Below are positions 12,701 through 27,000 of a stretch of DNA of 54,732 nucleotides, piece after piece (the stretch's first letter is position 1; the number at the start of each line of letters is the position of its first letter). A program made the translations under genes and the position numbers. This stretch comes from Nemertoderma westbladi. Its lineage: Eukaryota > Animalia > Xenacoelomorpha. The notes under the pieces were generated by a model that did no database searches, was not told where the DNA came from, and worked only from the letters and a program-made list of their open reading frames with translations. The DNA lies in the NCBI GenBank assembly GCA_032718475.1, contig JAUCBJ010006712.1, forward strand, positions 1-54,732, in the 5' to 3' direction.

Positions 12701-15700
12701 TCGGTTAATGGGTCACGTGTTGTACCAGCTGGGATGCGTTCATAAGAAGACAATGCATAAGTACGAGATAGGTAGGTGGTGTGTTCGGTTAATGGGTCAC
12801 GTGTTGTACCAGCTGGGATGCGTTAATAAGAAGACAATGCATAAGTACGAGACAGGTAGGTGGTGTGTTCAGTTAATGGGTCACGTGTTGTACCAGCTGG
12901 GATGCGTTAATAAGAAGACAATGCATAAGTACGAGATAGGTAGGTGGTGTGTTCGGTTAATGGGTCACGTGTTGTACCAGCTGGGATGCGTTAATAAGAA
13001 GACAATGCATAAGTACGAGATAGGTAGGTGGTGTGTTCGGTTAATGGGTCACGTGTTGTACCAGCTGGGAGGCGTTCATAAGAAGACAATGCATAAGTAC
13101 GAGATAGGTAGGTGGTGTGTTCGGTTAATGGGTCACGTGTTGTACCAGCTGGGATGCGTTCATAAGAAGACAATGCATAAGTACGAGACAGGTAGGTGGT
13201 GTGTTCGGTTAATGGGTCACGTGTTGTACCAGCTGGGATGCGTTCATAAGAAGACAATGCATAAGTACGAGACAGGTAGGTGGTGTGTTCGGTTAATGGG
13301 TCACGTGTTGTACCAGCTGGGATGCGTTAATAAGATGACAATGCATAAGTACGAGACAGGTAGGTGGTGTGTTCGGTTAATGGGTCACGTGTTGTACCAG
13401 CTGGGATGCGTTAATAAGAAGACAATGCATAAGTACGAGACAGGTAGGCGGTGTGTTCGGTTAATGGGTCACGTGTTGTACCAGCTGGGATGCGTTCATA
13501 AGAAGACAATGCATAAGTACGAGACAGGTAGGTGGTGTGTTCAGTTAATGGGTCACGTGTTGTACCAGCTGGGATGCGTTAATATGAAGACAATGCATAA
13601 GTACGAGACAGGTAGGTGGTGTGTTCGGTTAATGGGTCAGGTGTTGTACCAGCTGGGATGCGTTCATAAGAAGACAATGCATAAGTACGAGACAGGTAGG
13701 TGGTGTGTTCGGTTAATGGGTCACGTGTTGTACCAGCTGGGATGCGTTCATAAGAAGACAATGCATAAGTACGAGACAGGTAGGTGGTGTGTTCGGTTAA
13801 TGCGTCACGTGTTGTACCAGCTGGGATGCGTTAATAAGAAGACAATGCATAAGTACGAGACAGGTAGGTGGTGTGTTCGGTTAATGGGTCACGTGTTGTA
13901 CCAGCTGGGATGCGTTAATAAGAAGACAATGCATAAGTACGAGACAGGTAGGTGGTGTGTTCGGTTAATGGGTCACGTGTTGTACCAGCTGGGATGCGTT
14001 AATAAGAAGACAATGCATAAGTACGAGACAGGTAGGTGGTGTGTTCGGTTAATGGGTCACGTGTTGTACCAGCTGGGATGCGTTAATAAGAAGACAATGC
14101 ATAAGTACGAGACGGGTAGGTGGTGTGTTCGGTTAATGGGTCACGTGTTGTACCAGCTGGGATGCGTTAATAAGAAGACAATGCATAAGTACGAGACAGG
14201 TAGGTGGTGTGTTCGGTTAATGGGTCACGTGTTGTACCAGCTGGGATGCGTTAATAAGAAGACAATGCATAAGTACGAGACAGGTAGGTGGTGTGTTCAG
14301 TTAATGGGTCACGTGTTGTACCAGCTGGGATGCGTTAATAAGAAGACAATGCATAAGTACGAGACAGGTAGGTGGTGTATTCGGTTAATAGGTCACGTGT
14401 TGTACCAGCTGGGATGCGTTAATAAGAAGACAATGCATAAGTACGAGACAGGTAGGTGGTGTGTTCGGTTAATGGGTCACGTGTTGTACCAGCTGGGATG
14501 CGTTAATAAGAAGACAATGCATAAGTACGAGACAGGTAGGTGGTGTGTTCGGTTAATGGGTCACGTGTTGTACCAGCTGGGATGCGTTCATAAGAAGACA
14601 ATGCATAAGTACGAGACAGGTAGGTGGTGTGTTCGGTTAATGGGTCACGTGTTGTACCAGCTGGGATGCGTTCATAAGAAGACAATGCATAAGTACAAGT
14701 ACAAGACAGGTAGGTGGTGTGTTCGGTTAATGGGTCACGTGTTGTACCAGCTGGGATGGATGCGTTAATAAGAAGACAATGCATAAGTACGAGACAGGTA
14801 GGTGGTGTGTTCGGTTAATGGGTCACGTGTTGTACCAGCTGGGATGCGTTCATAAGAAGACAATAAATAAGTACGAGACAGGTAGGTGGTGTGTTCGGTT
14901 AATGGGTCACGTGTTGTACCAGCTGGGATGCGTTAATAAGAAGACAATGCATAAGTACGAGACAGGTAGGTGGTGTGTTCGGTTAATGGGTCACGTGCTG
15001 TACCAGCTGGGATGCGTTAATAAGAAGACAATGCATAAGTACGAGACAGGTAGGTGGTGTGTTCGGTTAATGGGTCACGTGCTGTACCAGCTGGGATGCG
15101 TTAATAAGAAGACAATGCATAAGTACGAGACAGGTAGGTGGTGTGTTCGGTTAATGGGTCACGTGTTGTACCAGCTGGGATGCGTTAATAAGAAGACAAT
15201 GCATAAGTACGAGACGGGTAGGTGGTGTGTTCGGTTAATGGGTCACGTGTTGTACCAGCTGGGATGCGTTAATAAGAAGACAATGCATAAGTACGAGACA
15301 GGTAGGTGGTGTGTTCGGTTAATGGGTCACGTGTTGTACCAGCTGGGATGCGTTCATAAGAAGACAATGCATAAGTACGAGACAGGTAGGCGGTGTGTTC
15401 GGTTAATGGGTCACGTGTTGTACCAGCTGGGATGCGTTAATAAGAAGACAATGCATAAGTACGAGACAGGTAGGTGGTGTGTTCAGTTAATGGGTCACGT
15501 GTTGTACCAGCTGGGATGCGTTAATAAGAAGACAATGCATAAGTACGAGACAGGTAGGCGGTGTGTTCGGTTAATGGGTCACGTGTTGTACCAGCTGGGA
15601 TGCGTTAATAAGAAGACAATGCATAAGTACGAGACAGGTAGGTGGTGTGTTCGGTTAATGGGTCACGTGTTGTACCAGCTGGGATGCGTTAATAAGAAGA

Positions 15701-18700
15701 CAATGCATAAGTACGAGACAGGTAGGTGGTGTGTTCGGTTAATGGGTCACGTGTTGTACCAGCTGGGATGCGTTAATAAGAAGACAATGCATAAGTACGA
15801 GACAGGTAGGTGGTGTGTTCGGTTAATGGGTCACGTGTTGTACCAGCTGGGATGCGTTAATAAGAAGACAATGCATAAGTACGAGACAGGTAGGTGGTGT
15901 GTTCGGTTAATGGGTCACGTGTTGTACCAGCTGGGATGCGTTCATAAGAAGACAATGCATAAGTACGAGACAGGTAGGCGGTGTGTTCGGTTAATGGGTC
16001 ACGTGTTGTACCAGCTGGGATGCGTTAATATGAAGACAATGCATAAGTACGAGACAGGTAGGTGGTGTGTTCGGTTAATGGGTCACGTGTTGTACCAGCT
16101 GGGATGCGTTAATAAGAAGACAATGCATAAGTACGAGACAGGTAGGTGGTGTGTTCGGTTAATGGGTCACGTGTTGTACCAGCTGGGATGCGTTAATAAG
16201 AAGACAATGCATAAGTACGAGACAGGTAGGCGGTGTGTTCGGTTAATGGGTCACGTGTTGTACCAGCTGGGATGCGTTAATAAGAAGACAATGCATAAGT
16301 ACGAGACAGGTAGGTGGTGTGTTCGGTTAATGGGTCACGTGTTGTACCAGCTGGGATGCGTTAATAAGAAGACAATGCATAAGTACGAGACAGGTAGGTG
16401 GTGTGTTCGGTTAATGGGTCACGTGTTGTACCAGCTGGGATGCGTTAATATGACGACAATGCATAAGTACGAGACGGGTAGGTGGTGTGTTCGGTTAATG
16501 AGTCACGTGTTGTACCAGCTGGGATGCGTTAATATGACGACAATGCATAAGTACGAGACGGGTAGGTGGTGTGTTCGGTTAATGAGTCACGTGTTGTACC
16601 AGCTGGGATGCGTTAATAAGAAGACAATGCATAAGTACGAGACAGGTAGGTGGTGTGTTCAGTTAATGGGTCACGTGTTGTACCAGCTGGGATGCGTTAA
16701 TAAGAAGACAATGCATAAGTACGAGACAGGTAGGTGGTGTGTTCGGTTAATGGGTCACGTGTTGTACCAGCTGGGATGCGTTAATATGACGACAATGCAT
16801 AAGTACGAGACGGGTAGGTGGTGTGTTCGGTTAATGAGTCACGTGTTGTACCAGCTGGGATGCGTTAATAAGAAGACATTGCATAAGTACGAGACGGGTA
16901 GGTGGTGTGTTCGGTTAATGGGTCACGTGTTGTACCAGCTGGGATGCGTTAATAAGAAGACAATGCATAAGTACGAGGCAGGTAGGTGGTGTGTTCGGTT
17001 AATGGGTCACGTCTCACGTGTTGTACCAGCTGGGATGCGTTCATAAGAAGACAATGCATAAGTACGAGACAGGTAGGTGGTGTGTTCGGTTAATGGGTCA
17101 CGTGTTGTACCAGCTGGGATGCGTTAATAAGAAGACAATGCATAAGTACGAGACAGGTAGGTGGTGTGTTCGGTTAATGGGTCACGTGTTGTACCAGCTG
17201 GGATGCGTTAATAAGAAGACAATGCATAAGTACGAGACAGGTAGGTGGTGTGTTCGGTTAATGGGTCACGTGTTGTACCAGCTGGGATGCGTTAATAAGA
17301 AGACAATGCATAAGTACGAGACGGGTAGGTGGTGTGTTCGGTTAATGGGTCACGTGTTGTACCAGCTGGGATGCGTTAATAAGAAGACAATGCATAAGTA
17401 CGAGACAGGTAGGTGGTGTGTTCAGTTAATGGGTCACGTGTTGTACCAGCTGGGATGCGTTCATAAGAAGACAATGCATAAGTACGAGACAGGTAGGTGG
17501 TGTGTTCGGTTAATGGGTCACGTGTTGTACCAGCTGGGATGCGTTCATAAGAAGACAATGCATAAGTACGAGACAGGTAGGTGGTGTGTTCGGTTAATGG
17601 GTCACGTGTTGTACCAGCTGGGATGCGTTCATAAGAAGACAATGCATAAGTACGAGACAGGTAGGTGGTGTGTTCGGTTAATGGGTCAGGTGTTGTACCA
17701 GCTGGGATGCGATAATAAGAAGACAATGCATAAGTACGAGATAGGTAGGTGGTGTGTTCGGTTAATGGGTCACGTGTTGTACCAGCTGGGATGCGTTCAT
17801 AAGAAGACAATGCATAAGTACGAGATAGGTAGGTGGTGTGTTCGGTTAATGGGTCACGTGTTGTACCAGCTGGGATGCGTTAATAAGAAGACAATGCATA
17901 AGTACGAGATAGGTAGGTGGTGTGTTCGGTTAATGGGTCACGTGTTGTACCAGCTGGGAGGCGTTCATAAGAAGACAATGCATAAGTACGAGATAGGTAG
18001 GTGGTGTGTTCGGTTAATGGGTCACGTGTTGTACCAGCTGGGATGCGTTCATAAGAAGACAATGCATAAGTACGAGACAGGTAGGTGGTGTGTTCGGTTA
18101 ATGGGTCACGTGTTGTACCAGCTGGGATGCGTTCATAAGAAGACAATGCATAAGTACGAGATAGGTAGGTGGTGTGTTCGGTTAATGGGTCACGTGTTGT
18201 ACCAGCTGGGATGCGTTCATAAGAAGACAATGCATAAGTACGAGACAGGTAGGTGGTGTGTTCGGTTAATGGGTCACGTGTTGTACCAGCTGGGATGCGT
18301 TAATAAGATGACAATGCATAAGTACGAGACAGGTAGGTGGTGTGTTCGGTTAATGGGTCACGTGTTGTACCAGCTGGGATGCGTTAATAAGAAGACAATG
18401 CATAAGTACGAGACAGGTAGGCGGTGTGTTCGGTTAATGGGTCACGTGTTGTACCAGCTGGGATGCGTTAATAAGAAGACAATGCATAAGTACGAGACAG
18501 GTAGGTGGTGTGTTCAGTTAATGGGTCACGTGTTGTACCAGCTGGGATGCGTTAATATGAAGACAATGCATAAGTACGAGACAGGTAGGTGGTGTGTTCG
18601 GTTAATGGGTCAGGTGTTGTACCAGCTGGGATGCGTTCATAAGAAGACAATGCATAAGTACGAGACAGGTAGGTGGTGTGTTCGGTTAATGGGTCACGTG

Positions 18701-20438
18701 TTGTACCAGCTGGGATGCGTTAATAAGAAGATAATGCATAAGTACGAGACAGGTAGGTGGTGTGTTCGGTTAATGGGTCACGTGTTGTACCAGCTGGGAT
18801 GCGTTCATAAGAAGACAATGCATAAGTACGAGACAGGTAGGTGGTGTGTTCAGTTAATGGGTCACGTGTTGTACCAGCTGGGATGCGTTAATATGAAGAC
18901 AATGCATAAGTACGAGACAGGTAGGTGGTGTGTTCAGTTAATGGGTCACGTGTTGTACCAGCTGGGATGCGTTAATATGAAGACAATGCATAAGTACGAG
19001 ACAGGTAGGTGGTGTGTTCGGTTAATGGGTCACGTGTTGTACCAGCTGGGATGCGTTAATAAGAAGACAATGCATAAGTACGAGACAGGTAGGTGGTGTG
19101 TTCGGTTAATGGGTCACGTGTTGTACCAGCTGGGATGCGTTAATAAGAAGACAATGCATAAGTACGAGACAGGTAGGCGGTGTGTTCGGTTAATGGGTCA
19201 CGTGTTGTACCAGCTGGGATGCGTTCATAAGAAGACAATGCATAAGTACGAGACAGGTAGGTGGTGTGTTCGGTTAATGGGTCACGTGTTGTACCAGCTG
19301 GGATGCGTTCATAAGAAGACAATGCATAAGTACGAGACAGGTAGGTGGTGTGTTCGGTTAATGCGTCACGTGTTGTACCAGCTGGGATGCGTTAATAAGA
19401 AGACAATGCATAAGTACGAGACAGGTAGGTGGTGTGTTTGGTTAATGGGTCACGTGTTGTACCAGCTGGGATGCGTTAATAAGAAGACAATGCATAAGTA
19501 CGAGACAGGTAGGTGGTGTGTTCGGTTAATGGGTCACGTGTTGTACCAGCTGGGATGCGTTCATAAGAAGACAATGCATAAGTACGAGACAGGTAGGTGG
19601 TGTGTTCGGTTAATGGGTCACGTGTTGTACCAGCTGGGATGCGTTAATAAGAAGACAATGCATAAGTACGAGACAGGTAGGTGGTGTGTTCGGTTAATGG
19701 GTCACGTGTTGTACCAGCTGGGATGCGTTAATAAGAAGACAATGCATAAGTACGAGACAGGTAGGTGGTGTGTTCGGTTAATGGGTCACGTGTTGTACCA
19801 GCTGGGATGCGTTAATAAGAAGACAATGCATAAGTACGAGACAGGTAGGTGGTGTGTTCGGTTAATGGGTCACGTGTTGTACCAGCTGGGATGCGTTAAT
19901 AAGAAGACAATGCATAAGTACGAGACAGGTAGGTGGTGTGTTCGGTTAATGGGTCACATGTTGTACCAGCTGGGATGCGTTAATAAGAAGACAATGCATA
20001 AGTACGAGACAGGTAGGTGGTGTGTTCGGTTAATGGGTCACGTGTTGTACCAGCTGGGATGCGTTAATAAGAAGACAATGCATAAGTACGAGACAGGTAG
20101 GTGGTGTGTTCGGTTAATGGGTCACGTGTTGTACCAGCTGGGATGCGTTAATAAGAAGACAATGCATAAGTACGAGACAGGTAGGTGGTGTGTTCGGTTA
20201 ATGGGTCACGTGTTGTACCAGCTGGGATGCGTTAATAAGAAGACAATGCATAAGTACGAGACAGGTAGGTGGTGTGTTCGGTTAATGGGTCACGTGTTGT
20301 ACCAGCTGGGATGCGTTCATAAGAAGACAATAAATAAGTACGAGACAGGTAGGTGGTGTGTTCGGTTAATGGGTCACGTGTTGTACCAGCTGGGATGCGT
20401 TAATAAGAAGACAATGCATAAGTACGAGACAGGTAGGT
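3661..20438 (+). repeat. 84-bp tandem array, left segment (~200 units); unit = last 67 bp of HBS1L exon 1 + first 17 bp of intron
   Basis: Consensus ttaatgggtcacgtgttgtaccagctgggatgcgttaataagaagacaatgcataagtacgagacag|gtaggtggtgtgttcgg. The first unit is the real exon end. Confidence 0.98.
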
Positions 20439-20821
20439 TAAAGTGTTTCATTTTAAAAAAAGTTTGAATTTTGCATGTGCTCATGGCTAATCTTGGTCAT
20501 TGACCCACACTGACTTAAAAATTATATTGAAGCAACTTCTGAAAGTGAATTTTTCAGATGGAGCATAACCCATAGTGTTTTTCAATTTGACCGCGATACG
20601 GAATAATGTTCCGATACGATATAAAGAATGTGATAGAAGATTTACATGAGTCTCTAACATCTAATGATGCATAATTGTAAACCTTTTGATTCAAAAATGA
20701 GCTTTCTGATAACATGAGTACAAATATGTAATTTGTAATACGTTTAAATACGTTTACTATTTAAACAAGTGACTGACAGTCTTACAGTTTGTAAAGATAT
20801 CAATTTGTATTATTTAGTTGA

Positions 20822-22733
20822 TTAAGCGAATGAAGACTTAGTAAAGGTTGTGTTTAGTCTTTTATTCTCATCAGCAACAACCAACAATGCCTGTAACATT
20901 TCCTCATCTGTAGTTATGCCACTTTTAATAAACTTTGATACAGCTCCAACACCTCGTTCAGCTGGATCATTAACTACAGTCACCTTGTCTATAATCATTT
21001 TAGCATGTTTATATTCTGAGCTAGATGGCCAGTCAGGTTTAGTGAAAAATGATGTGTCGATCTTCAACTTCTTAAATAGAAACAAACTCCTCTTCGAAAC
21101 AAACTCAGGCAGCTTTTTGTCTACTGCTGACCCTGCGATACCTGCACTGACTCTCACAGATCTCACTGATGGTTGAGCATCATCTATATCAAGAGCATCC
21201 AACATTGCCTTCTTCTCTTCAATAGTTACTTTATCTGAGAATAGGGAAAGGCACACTAGTTCACTACTCAAATACCATAAGTGACGATTTAAGGCTTTCA
21301 TGGCAGTTGTGGCAACTGTTGTATTTACCTTCTCATATTCCTTCAAATCTCTTAGCATTAACAGATCGTTAATTGGAGCATCAGCAGCTGACATACACTG
21401 GAGCCAGTACTTTGCATACACGAATACAACAAACATCACGAAATTTCTAAGAGAGTCTTCCTCCTTCGCTGTGATTAGCTTGCTCTCTCTTAGCTGGTTT
21501 CGAAATAAGTACATTAGCATGCTGTAATTGGCCTTTGCCATCCAGCGGGCATCACTCACAGCACCTGGTCTTGTAAATTGTACCTGATTGCTGCTCCTTG
21601 GAACCTCAGCACCTAGTACAGTCAAAGCTAATTCCAGAAGTACTTTGTAATCATTTCTTGGTTGTTTCACAAGAAGCATTGGTTCTAACAAAGTCACTGC
21701 TTCCGAAATAAGTGTTTTATCCACAGTTACATTATCATCATGAGTTAGGGTTGAGTAGTCATTCAGAATCAAGTGGTCCCAGTTTGATTGGAATCGTTTA
21801 AACAACAGTATTTCAGGCCCTGAGCTCGCTGGAAATTTACAGGCATTCTGGAAAACATCTCCAAGAACAACTTCCATGATATGATGACGACATGCCAGGT
21901 TAAGAAGTTCTCTATTTAGCTTTTGTTCTAGGATAACACATGCTCCTCTACCTGCTCCTGTGTTAGAAGATGTTGTATCGAAACACATCCCTTCAACCTT
22001 ATCAGCAATATCTCTAGCATTGAGTGCTATCAGTGTAGCTTCAGCCTGTGCTAAACCAGTTCCACTGCTAACCTTTGGTGCAGATATCATTTCTGAAAAA
22101 GTCTCAGGTACATTATCAGTATCCAATTTAACACCAGTTATTATCACAGGTATTCTATCAATTTTGCCAGTAAAACCCTTTCCGAGGTTTGGGAGAATTT
22201 TCCCGTCCCAGTGAACTATACAGGGATCTGGACATCGATCTTTAAATGTTTCCACAATTCTAGATGCATTCTCTATACGATTCTTCACCCGGTGTCTGTA
22301 TACAGTTGAATGGGAAGCCGATTTAAAATTCGAGACATCACAGCTTAAGCTTTTGGAAACAGTTGCACTTAGTGTCCATAACTGGCGAGTACTTATTGCA
22401 TGTCTATCTGCCAAGCTGTATACTTCCGGAGACAGAAACTTCGACTTCTTTGGAGCATCAGAATCAGGCGTTTTTGAAACTGTCTTAGCGATGTAATCGC
22501 TGGCAATGAAGTCAGGATCATCTTCATCAGTCTGAGAACTCTCGCAAGATGAACTTGTTGCAATGTCTTCATTAATACTACATATCACCTCACCTTCGTT
22601 GCTATCATTACTTCTAGTTCGTTTCAATCTACGTTGTCTCTGTAAATCGCGAAAAACATCCTCCCAATCGATGCCAGACGATCCTAACACCATTTTTCCT
22701 TTCCTGACTCCTCTTTGATCCAACAGAAAATTC
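20822..22733 (-). CDS. hAT-type transposase, exon 2 (catalytic DDE region); 779 aa spliced
   Basis: Acceptor tatttag|G at 22734/22733 gives in-frame IEEDK-NFLLDQRG. Motifs VHWDGK, MCFDTTSSNTG, LACRHHIMEV, ARWM, HLWYLS, VVNDPAERGV. No stops or frameshifts. Confidence 0.88.
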
Positions 22734-23015
22734 CTAAATATGTATAATAAGCAAAAATAAGGACGGTGTATTACTTACACAATAATATAATGCGTGTTGT
22801 ATATTAAATTGATATATATATATATGTTATGTTCATGATGTTACATGAATAATGATAATTATGAATTTTATACCAAAAAGAGTTTTTAAAAGGTATATAA
22901 ATCTATAAGTTTATGCGTTTCTATTAAATGGTAGCTATTGCTGGTCATTAATATAACTCAATTCAGATATGATTTCAGTCCAACCAAACACCAACAAATA
23001 CTGCTTAATACTTAC

Positions 23016-23443
23016 TTGTCTTCTTCAATCTTGATAAGTTTCAACGCATTTGTTTTAGCAACATCGAATAACAAAGACATTTTTGTTTGAAATTCAACCA
23101 GTTTGTCCTTGGTAGATGCTGAAGGGTCACGGCGAGACACAGTCTTCTTTAGTTTGTTATATTCGTCATATAACTTGGTCAGCACTCTAACAATATTCTT
23201 GTGATCTTGAACTGGTATTTTGGCATTATTCCAAACAATGATGGTGTTGGTAGCCGTGGCTGCTATTCCATTTGATAGGTATCCTTTGGACTTACCACCA
23301 GGGCCTTCTTTTTGTCTTAAAAACAGTACGGATTTCAGTACTTCAGCATTAGTTGGCAGTTGTCTTGTCTTTGCTGGATTGAAATCGGTACAGGACCCAA
23401 GTAACCATTCTGTTACATCAGATCGCAAATGCAATGCTGACAT
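23016..23443 (-). CDS. hAT-type transposase, exon 1
   Basis: ATG at 23443. RQLPTNAEVL, WNNAKIPV, LFDVA and IEEDK resemble the N-terminus of hATm-type transposases. Minus-strand donor AA|GTAAGT at 23016/23015. Confidence 0.8.
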
Positions 23444-24053
23444 TGTCCAGTATTATAGTATTAATCTTTGTATTATACTGTTATATTAATAAATTATTAT
23501 TTATATTAATAAGTGTACCGGTATATGATGTTTGAAGGGTGGAGTAGCAGTAGGCCTACTAAGTACAGCAGTAGAACTACAATATTGCTGTGGAGGTTGC
23601 TTATTTCAGTACCTGCAGTAGGTATAGACAAGGAACATAAATTCAGCAATTAGGAAATGAACGAATACAGTGTCTGTGTAATGTGCCAGTTCATGTCAGT
23701 GTATGCATGGCCTTCGGAGTGGCTGGGTTGAGCAAATCTTGACAAAGACTGAATTTTGACTTAAATTTCGCATGCTCTCTATCTAATTTGATCATTATTT
23801 TTCAAATGAGCTCAAATTTCGATTCATTGCTCTTCCTGATGTGATTTACCTAAAATTACAACCATCGCGTAGCCATATTATCCCATCGCTCGAAATGTCA
23901 ATCTTCAAGAGGCTTGCTCTATCTGAAAAATTAAGTTTGAGACCTACTTGTAATGATTTTTTTTGCTCAAATAGGTGTAATGCACCAAACTAGCCTTGAG
24001 GAAATAGAAAATTCCAAGATTTTTTTTTCGTCTATAGGAAGTGAAACACTCTA

Positions 24054-27000
24054 AGGTAGGTGGTGTGTTCGGTTAATGGGTCACGTGTTGTACCAGCTGG
24101 GATGCGTTCATAAGAAGACAATAAATAAGTACGAGACAGGTAGGTGGTGTGTTCGGTTAATGGGTCACGTGTTGTACCAGCTGGGATGCGTTAATAAGAA
24201 GACAATGCATAAGTACGAGACAGGTAGGTGGTGTGTTCGGTTAATGGGTCACGTGTTGTACCAGCTGGGATGCGTTCATAAGAAGACAATAAATAAGTAC
24301 GAGACAGGTAGGTGGTGTGTTCGGTTAATGGGTCACGTGTTGTACCAGCTGGGATGCGTTAATAAGAAGACAATGCATAAGTACGAGACAGGTAGGTGGT
24401 GTGTTCGGTTAATGGGTCACGTGCTGTACCAGCTGGGATGCGTTAATAAGAAGACAATGCATAAGTACGAGACTGGTAGGTGGTGTGTTCGGTTAATGGG
24501 TCACGTGCTGTACCAGCTGGGATGCGTTAATAAGAAGACAATGCATAAGTACGAGACAGGTAGGTGGTGTGTTCGGTTAATGGGTCACGTGTTGTACCAG
24601 CTGGGATGCGTTAATAAGAAGACAATGCATAAGTACGAGACGGGTAGGTGGTGTGTTCGGTTAATGGGTCACGTGTTGTACCAGCTGGGATGCGTTCATA
24701 AGAAAACAATGCATAAGTACGAGACAGGTAGGCGGTGTGTTCGGTTAATGGGTCACGTGTTGTACCAGCTGGGATGCGTTAATAAGAAGACAATGCATAA
24801 GTACGAGACAGGTAGGTGGTGTGTTCGGTTAATGGGTCACGTGTTGTACCAGCTGGGATGCGTTCATAAGAAGACAATGCATAAGTACGAGACAGGTAGG
24901 CGGTGTGTTCGGTTAATGGGTCACGTGTTGTACCAGCTGGGATGCGTTAATAAGAAGACAATGCATAAGTACGAGACAGGTAGGTGGTGTGTTCAGTTAA
25001 TGGGTCACGTGTTGTACCAGCTGGGATGCGTTAATAAGAAGACAATGCATAAGTACGAGACAGGTAGGCGGTGTGTTCGGTTAATGGGTCACGTGTTGTA
25101 CCAGCTGGGATGCGTTAATAAGAAGACAATGCATAAGTACGAGACAGGTAGGTGGTGTGTTCGGTTAATGGGTCACGTGTTGTACCAGCTGGGATGCGTT
25201 AATAAGAAGACAATGCATAAGTACGAGACAGGTAGGTGGTGTGTTCGGTTAATGGGTCACGTGTTGTACCAGCTGGGATGCGTTAATAAGAAGACAATGC
25301 ATAAGTACGAGACAGGTAGGTGGTGTGTTCAGTTAATGGGTCACGTGTTGTACCAGCTGGGATGCGTTCATAAGAAGACAATGCATAAGTACGAGACAGG
25401 TAGGTGGTGTGTTCGGTTAATGGGTCACGTGTTGTACCAGCTGGGATGCGTTCATAAGAAGACAATAAATAAGTACGAGACAGGTAGGTGGTGTGTTCGG
25501 TTAATGGGTCACGTGTTGTACCAGCTGGGATGCGTTAATAAGAAGACAATGCATAAGTACGAGACAGGTAGGTGGTGTGTTCGGTTAATGGGTCACGTGC
25601 TGTACCAGCTGGGATGCGTTAATAAGAAGACAATGCATAAGTACGAGACTGGTAGGTGGTGTGTTCGGTTAATGGGTCACGTGCTGTACCAGCTGGGATG
25701 CGTTAATAAGAAGACAATGCATAAGTACGAGACAGGTAGGTGGTGTGTTCGGTTAATGGGTCACGTGTTGTACCAGCTGGGATGCGTTAATAAGAAGACA
25801 ATGCATAAGTACGAGACGGGTAGGTGGTGTGTTCGGTTAATGGGTCACGTGTTGTACCAGCTGGGATGCGTTCATAAGAAGACAATGCATAAGTACGAGA
25901 CAGGTAGGCGGTGTGTTCGGTTAATGGGTCACGTGTTGTACCAGCTGGGATGCGTTAATAAGAAGACAATGCATAAGTACGAGACAGGTAGGTGGTGTGT
26001 TCGGTTAATGGGTCACGTGTTGTACCAGCTGGGATGCGTTCATAAGAAGACAATGCATAAGTACGAGACAGGTAGGCGGTGTGTTCGGTTAATGGGTCAC
26101 GTGTTGTACCAGCTGGGATGCGTTAATAAGAAGACAATGCATAAGTACGAGACAGGTAGGTGGTGTGTTCAGTTAATGGGTCACGTGTTGTACCAGCTGG
26201 GATGCGTTAATAAGAAGACAATGCATAAGTACGAGACAGGTAGGCGGTGTGTTCGGTTAATGGGTCACGTGTTGTACCAGCTGGGATGCGTTAATAAGAA
26301 GACAATGCATAAGTACGAGACAGGTAGGTGGTGTGTTCGGTTAATGGGTCACGTGTTGTACCAGCTGGGATGCGTTAATAAGAAGACAATGCATAAGTAC
26401 GAGACAGGTAGGTGGTGTGTTCGGTTAATGGGTCACGTGTTGTACCAGCTGGGATGCGTTAATAAGAAGACAATGCATAAGTACGAGACAGGTAGGTGGT
26501 GTGTTCGGTTAATGGGTCACGTGTTGTACCAGCTGGGATGCGTTAATAAGAAGACAATGCATAAGTACGAGACAGGTAGGTGGTGTGTTCGGTTAATGGG
26601 TCACGTGTTGTACCAGCTTGGATGCGTTAAATAGAAGACAATGCATAAGTACGAGACAGGTAGGTGGTGTGTTCGGTTAATGGGTCACGTGTTGTACCAG
26701 CTGGGATGCGTTCATAAGAAGACAATGCATAAGTACGAGACAGGTAGGTGGTGTGTTCAGTTAATGGGTCACGTGTTGTACCAGCTGGGATGCGTTAATA
26801 AGAAGACAATGCATAAGTACGAGACAGGTAGGTGGTGTGTTCGGTTAATGGGTCACGTGTTGTACCAGCTGGGATGCGTTAATAAGAAGACAATGCATAA
26901 GTACGAGACAGGTAGGTGGTGTGTTTGGTTAATGGGTCACGTGTTGTACCAGCTGGGATGCGTTAATAAGAAGACAATGCATAAGTACGAGACAGGTAGG

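Larger units (their letters stand above)
20439..24053 (-). mobile_element. Autonomous hAT-superfamily (hATm-like) DNA transposon, apparently full length
   Basis: Termini TAAAGTGTTTCA and TGAAACACTCTA (12-bp TIR, 1 mismatch). 8-bp TSD AGGTAGGT at 20431-20438 and 24054-24061; an alternative reading is a 13-bp TIR with 6-bp TSD GGTAGG. Imperfect subterminal inverted repeats (aatttttcagatggagca / tgctctatctgaaaaatt). Internal transposase. Confidence 0.9.
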
